Shown here piece after piece: positions 39,266 through 41,166 of a stretch of 41,166 nucleotides of DNA. The notes beneath the pieces are model-generated. The model was not told where the DNA came from. It worked only from the letters and a program-made list of their open reading frames with translations, and made no database searches. Source of the stretch: a virus; IMG/VR virus record IMGVR_UViG_3300037882_000312; one strand, given 5' to 3'. Both the position numbers and the translations under genes were made by a program. Position 1 is the first letter of the stretch. Every line of letters starts with the position of its first letter.

Positions 39266-39577
39266 ATGGCAAGTTATACATTTTACCCACCACAGGTAAT
39301 GGAAGGTTATCCATTGGCTGACAAGTGGTGGCGTAGAGTCGTATCCCAGCGAGGGGTTGCTGTGCTTATCAACGATGGTGAATTGTCTTTATCTCGAGCA
39401 GTTACCGAAGATGAACTTAGAGATTATGATTATGTGTTTCTCGGTGGGCGAGGTCACATCGTGAATGAAGCCACGAAGGATATTCTTGTAGCTCAAGGAT
39501 TTCCAATCAGGACTCAGGCTCAAGCCGACTCCGATTCGAATATAGCCCATAATGGATTTTTAGTGGAGATAGTTTAA
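39266..39577 (+). CDS. Hypothetical head-module protein (103 aa).
   Basis: The start moves to the ATG at 39266, with aaaggag upstream. Confidence 0.55.
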   Translation: MASYTFYPPQVMEGYPLADKWWRRVVSQRGVAVLINDGELSLSRAVTEDELRDYDYVFLGGRGHIVNEATKDILVAQGFPIRTQAQADSDSNIAHNGFLVEIV

Positions 39578-39849
39578 TGGGATGCAGAACAGGTTGCCCA
39601 ACGCAAGATCATGCAAACTGGGGTGATTGCCTAAAGCAATCAGGTTTGCAAGTCAATACAGGTGATGCCAATAGTTCTCGCCTAATGTCTCAGAAGAAAT
39701 GGGATGCAGAATTAAATGCATACAAGTCTGCTATCGATCAAGGCATTGAACCAGCGACAACAAACATGAAGGATATTCGTGGTGCAGTCGAACTAAGCAA
39801 CATAGCCGGTAAGGCATTCGACTCAACCAACAACTCATTTAAGGACTGA
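39577..39849 (+). CDS. Hypothetical head-module protein (90 aa).
   Basis: The start overlaps the upstream stop. Confidence 0.55.
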   Translation: MGCRTGCPTQDHANWGDCLKQSGLQVNTGDANSSRLMSQKKWDAELNAYKSAIDQGIEPATTNMKDIRGAVELSNIAGKAFDSTNNSFKD

Positions 39850-39851
39850 GT

Positions 39852-40568
39852 ATGACAACCATAATTGGGATTCAAGGTAAGGGCTGGGGTTTAATCGCAG
39901 CCGAATCCCTAATAGTGGGTGCAGATCAGAAGTTTATTGCTACCGGTATGGATAAGGTAGTTGAAAAGGGTGAGTATGTAATCGCTTTTGCTGGCGATGC
40001 AATCGCCGGGGATATAGCCCTACACAGTTGGAATGCTCCTAAGATTCCACGAGGTGTGAACTTAGATAAATTTATGATGACAGATTTATTGCCATCACTT
40101 AAGCAAGCATACGCAGACTATGGATATGACCCAGCACCTAAGACTGCCGATAACGATCCTAAAGATGGATCAGGTTTTGATGCATTGATCTGCCTTCGAG
40201 GAAAAATTTATCAAATTGATAATGACTTTTCTTGGGTAAGAGATGACCGTGGAATATACGGAGTTGGATCTGGAAGTTCATATGCACTTGGTGCATTGGC
40301 CAGAGCCACACTATCCCCAACGAATACAAGAACAGCAGCTAATGAAGCTCGTAAGGCAATAGAGATTTCCATCTCGTTTGACATAAACAGCGGTGGGAAA
40401 GTCAAAGTCATCACTCAAAGGGAGAAGCAAATGTCAGTTAAAGGCGAGAAGTACAAGTCACCATCTATGAAGAAGAAGCACGAAAAGATGGAAGGCAAGA
40501 AAGAAAAGATGATGGAGTATGGCCCTAAGAAGAAGGCTATGCCTAAGAAAATGGGCAAGAAGAAGTAA
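39852..40568 (+). CDS. HslV/proteasome-beta-like Ntn hydrolase (238 aa) with a Lys-rich C-terminal tail.
   Basis: MTTIIGIQGKG has Thr directly after the initiator Met, as in HslV. IAFAGDAIAGDI aligns with HslV IAGFAGGTADAF. GIYGVGSGSSYALGALARA aligns with IAIGSGGPYAQAAARA. ARKAIEISISFDINSGG aligns with AEKALDIAGDICIYTN. The C-terminal 45 aa are about 40 percent Lys. Confidence 0.75.
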   Translation: MTTIIGIQGKGWGLIAAESLIVGADQKFIATGMDKVVEKGEYVIAFAGDAIAGDIALHSWNAPKIPRGVNLDKFMMTDLLPSLKQAYADYGYDPAPKTADNDPKDGSGFDALICLRGKIYQIDNDFSWVRDDRGIYGVGSGSSYALGALARATLSPTNTRTAANEARKAIEISISFDINSGGKVKVITQREKQMSVKGEKYKSPSMKKKHEKMEGKKEKMMEYGPKKKAMPKKMGKKK

Positions 40569-40738
40569 TGAAGCCAGCAAAGATCAAGAAGGTTATGAAA
40601 GAGTTCAAATCAGGAACTCTTCACTCAGGATCTAAAAAAGGCCCTGTAGTTAAATCTCGCAAGCAAGCAGTTGCTATTGCGATGTCAGAGGCAGGAATGT
40701 CCAAGAAGGGCAAGAAGAGTGGCGGAAAGAAAAAGTAA
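40568..40738 (+). CDS. Basic microprotein (56 aa), DUF6496-like. It is not in the supplied ORF track.
   Basis: The start overlaps the upstream stop. Hand translation gives MKPAKIKKVMKEFKSGTLHSGSKKGPVVKSRKQAVAIAMSEAGMSKKGKKSGGKKK. The EFK.G.L.SGS...V.SRKQA.AIA.SEAG pattern is widespread in bacteria and phages. Confidence 0.6.
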   Translation: MKPAKIKKVMKEFKSGTLHSGSKKGPVVKSRKQAVAIAMSEAGMSKKGKKSGGKKK

Positions 40739-40994
40739 ACCAGACTCTCGCCTAAAGGCGGCAGGTGTATCTGGCTTTAACAAGCCAAAGAAAACTCCAT
40801 CACACCCAACGAAATCTCATGTTGTGGTTGCAAAGGTTGGAGACAAGGTGAAGACAATTCGCTTTGGGCAGCAGGGTGTATCTGGAGATAAGACTCCAAC
40901 AGCACGACAGAAATCATTCAAAGCTCGTCATGCTAAGAACATCGCCAAGGGCAAAATGTCAGCAGCCTATTGGGCAGACAAGGTGAAGTGGTGA
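40719..40994 (+). CDS. Basic small protein (about 91 aa) of a widespread phage family with a ...KSFKARHAKNIAKGKMSAAYWADKVKW C-terminus.
   Basis: The C-terminal motif is one I recognise from many marine and freshwater phages. The start is uncertain: GTG at 40719 is preferred over the track's TTG at 40671, because 40671 would overlap the previous gene by 68 nt. Confidence 0.6.
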   Translation: MAERKSKPDSRLKAAGVSGFNKPKKTPSHPTKSHVVVAKVGDKVKTIRFGQQGVSGDKTPTARQKSFKARHAKNIAKGKMSAAYWADKVKW

Positions 40995-41152
40995 AAAAGA
41001 AAACAGCATTCTGGGATAAAAAGAATCCCAATAAAAAATCTACTCCATTGACTCCGGCACAGAAAGCAAAGGCTAAGGCTGCTGCTAAGAAGGCTGGAAG
41101 ACCGTATCCAAATTTAGTAGATAACGCAGCAGCAAAGAGAAAGGCTAAGTAA
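40991..41152 (+). CDS. Basic small protein (53 aa) with a ...AGRPYPNLVDN motif.
   Basis: A GTG start overlaps the upstream TGA. The translation is VKKKTAFWDKKNPNKKSTPLTPAQKAKAKAAAKKAGRPYPNLVDNAAAKRKAK. Its 3' end is duplicated at 1-85. Confidence 0.55.
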   Translation: MKKKTAFWDKKNPNKKSTPLTPAQKAKAKAAAKKAGRPYPNLVDNAAAKRKAK

Positions 41153-41166
41153 TGGCAACTGGTACC
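41068..41166. repeat. Terminal direct repeat, copy 2, identical to 1-99.
   Basis: Base-by-base comparison with the start of the window. Confidence 0.95.

Overview
The window is a complete tailed dsDNA phage genome. Bases 1-99 are identical to 41068-41166, which looks like an assembly overlap of a circular or circularly permuted contig; the unique length is 41,067 bp. Genes are tightly packed, with many ATGA/TAATG start-stop overlaps.

Layout: one rightward super-operon runs from about 23217, through the contig junction, to 18885. In order it carries terminase, portal, internal/ejection-type proteins including a 1969-aa giant, scaffold, HK97-type capsid, tail and fiber genes, a lysis cassette, and then a replication/regulation module. 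A 3.5-kb leftward block of small genes (18965-22443) is transcribed divergently from a highly structured 770-bp non-coding control region (22444-23216). It converges on hairpin terminators at 18891-18958.

Host and lifestyle: a WhiB-like Fe-S regulator, an Rpf-type transglycosylase, a CHAP endolysin and a sigma-70-family factor point to an actinobacterial host. I could not recognise a DNA polymerase, RNA polymerase, integrase or repressor.

Most interesting features:
1. An AT-rich three-gene sulfation cassette inserted among the tail genes: a sulfotransferase, an APS-kinase fused to an HxGH nucleotidyltransferase, and a DUF2061-like membrane protein.
2. An HslV/proteasome-beta-like Ntn hydrolase with a poly-lysine tail in the head module, where a prohead protease would be expected. 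It is followed by three very basic microproteins.
3. A run of translationally coupled Cys-rich microproteins.
4. A primase split across two reading frames at an A5 run.
5. A 476-aa doubly anchored proline-rich envelope protein next to the lysis genes.
6. Arrays of oppositely oriented short repeats plus a perfect TGTGA-N6-TCACA site in the control region.

All functional calls come from motif recognition by eye. No database search was run.
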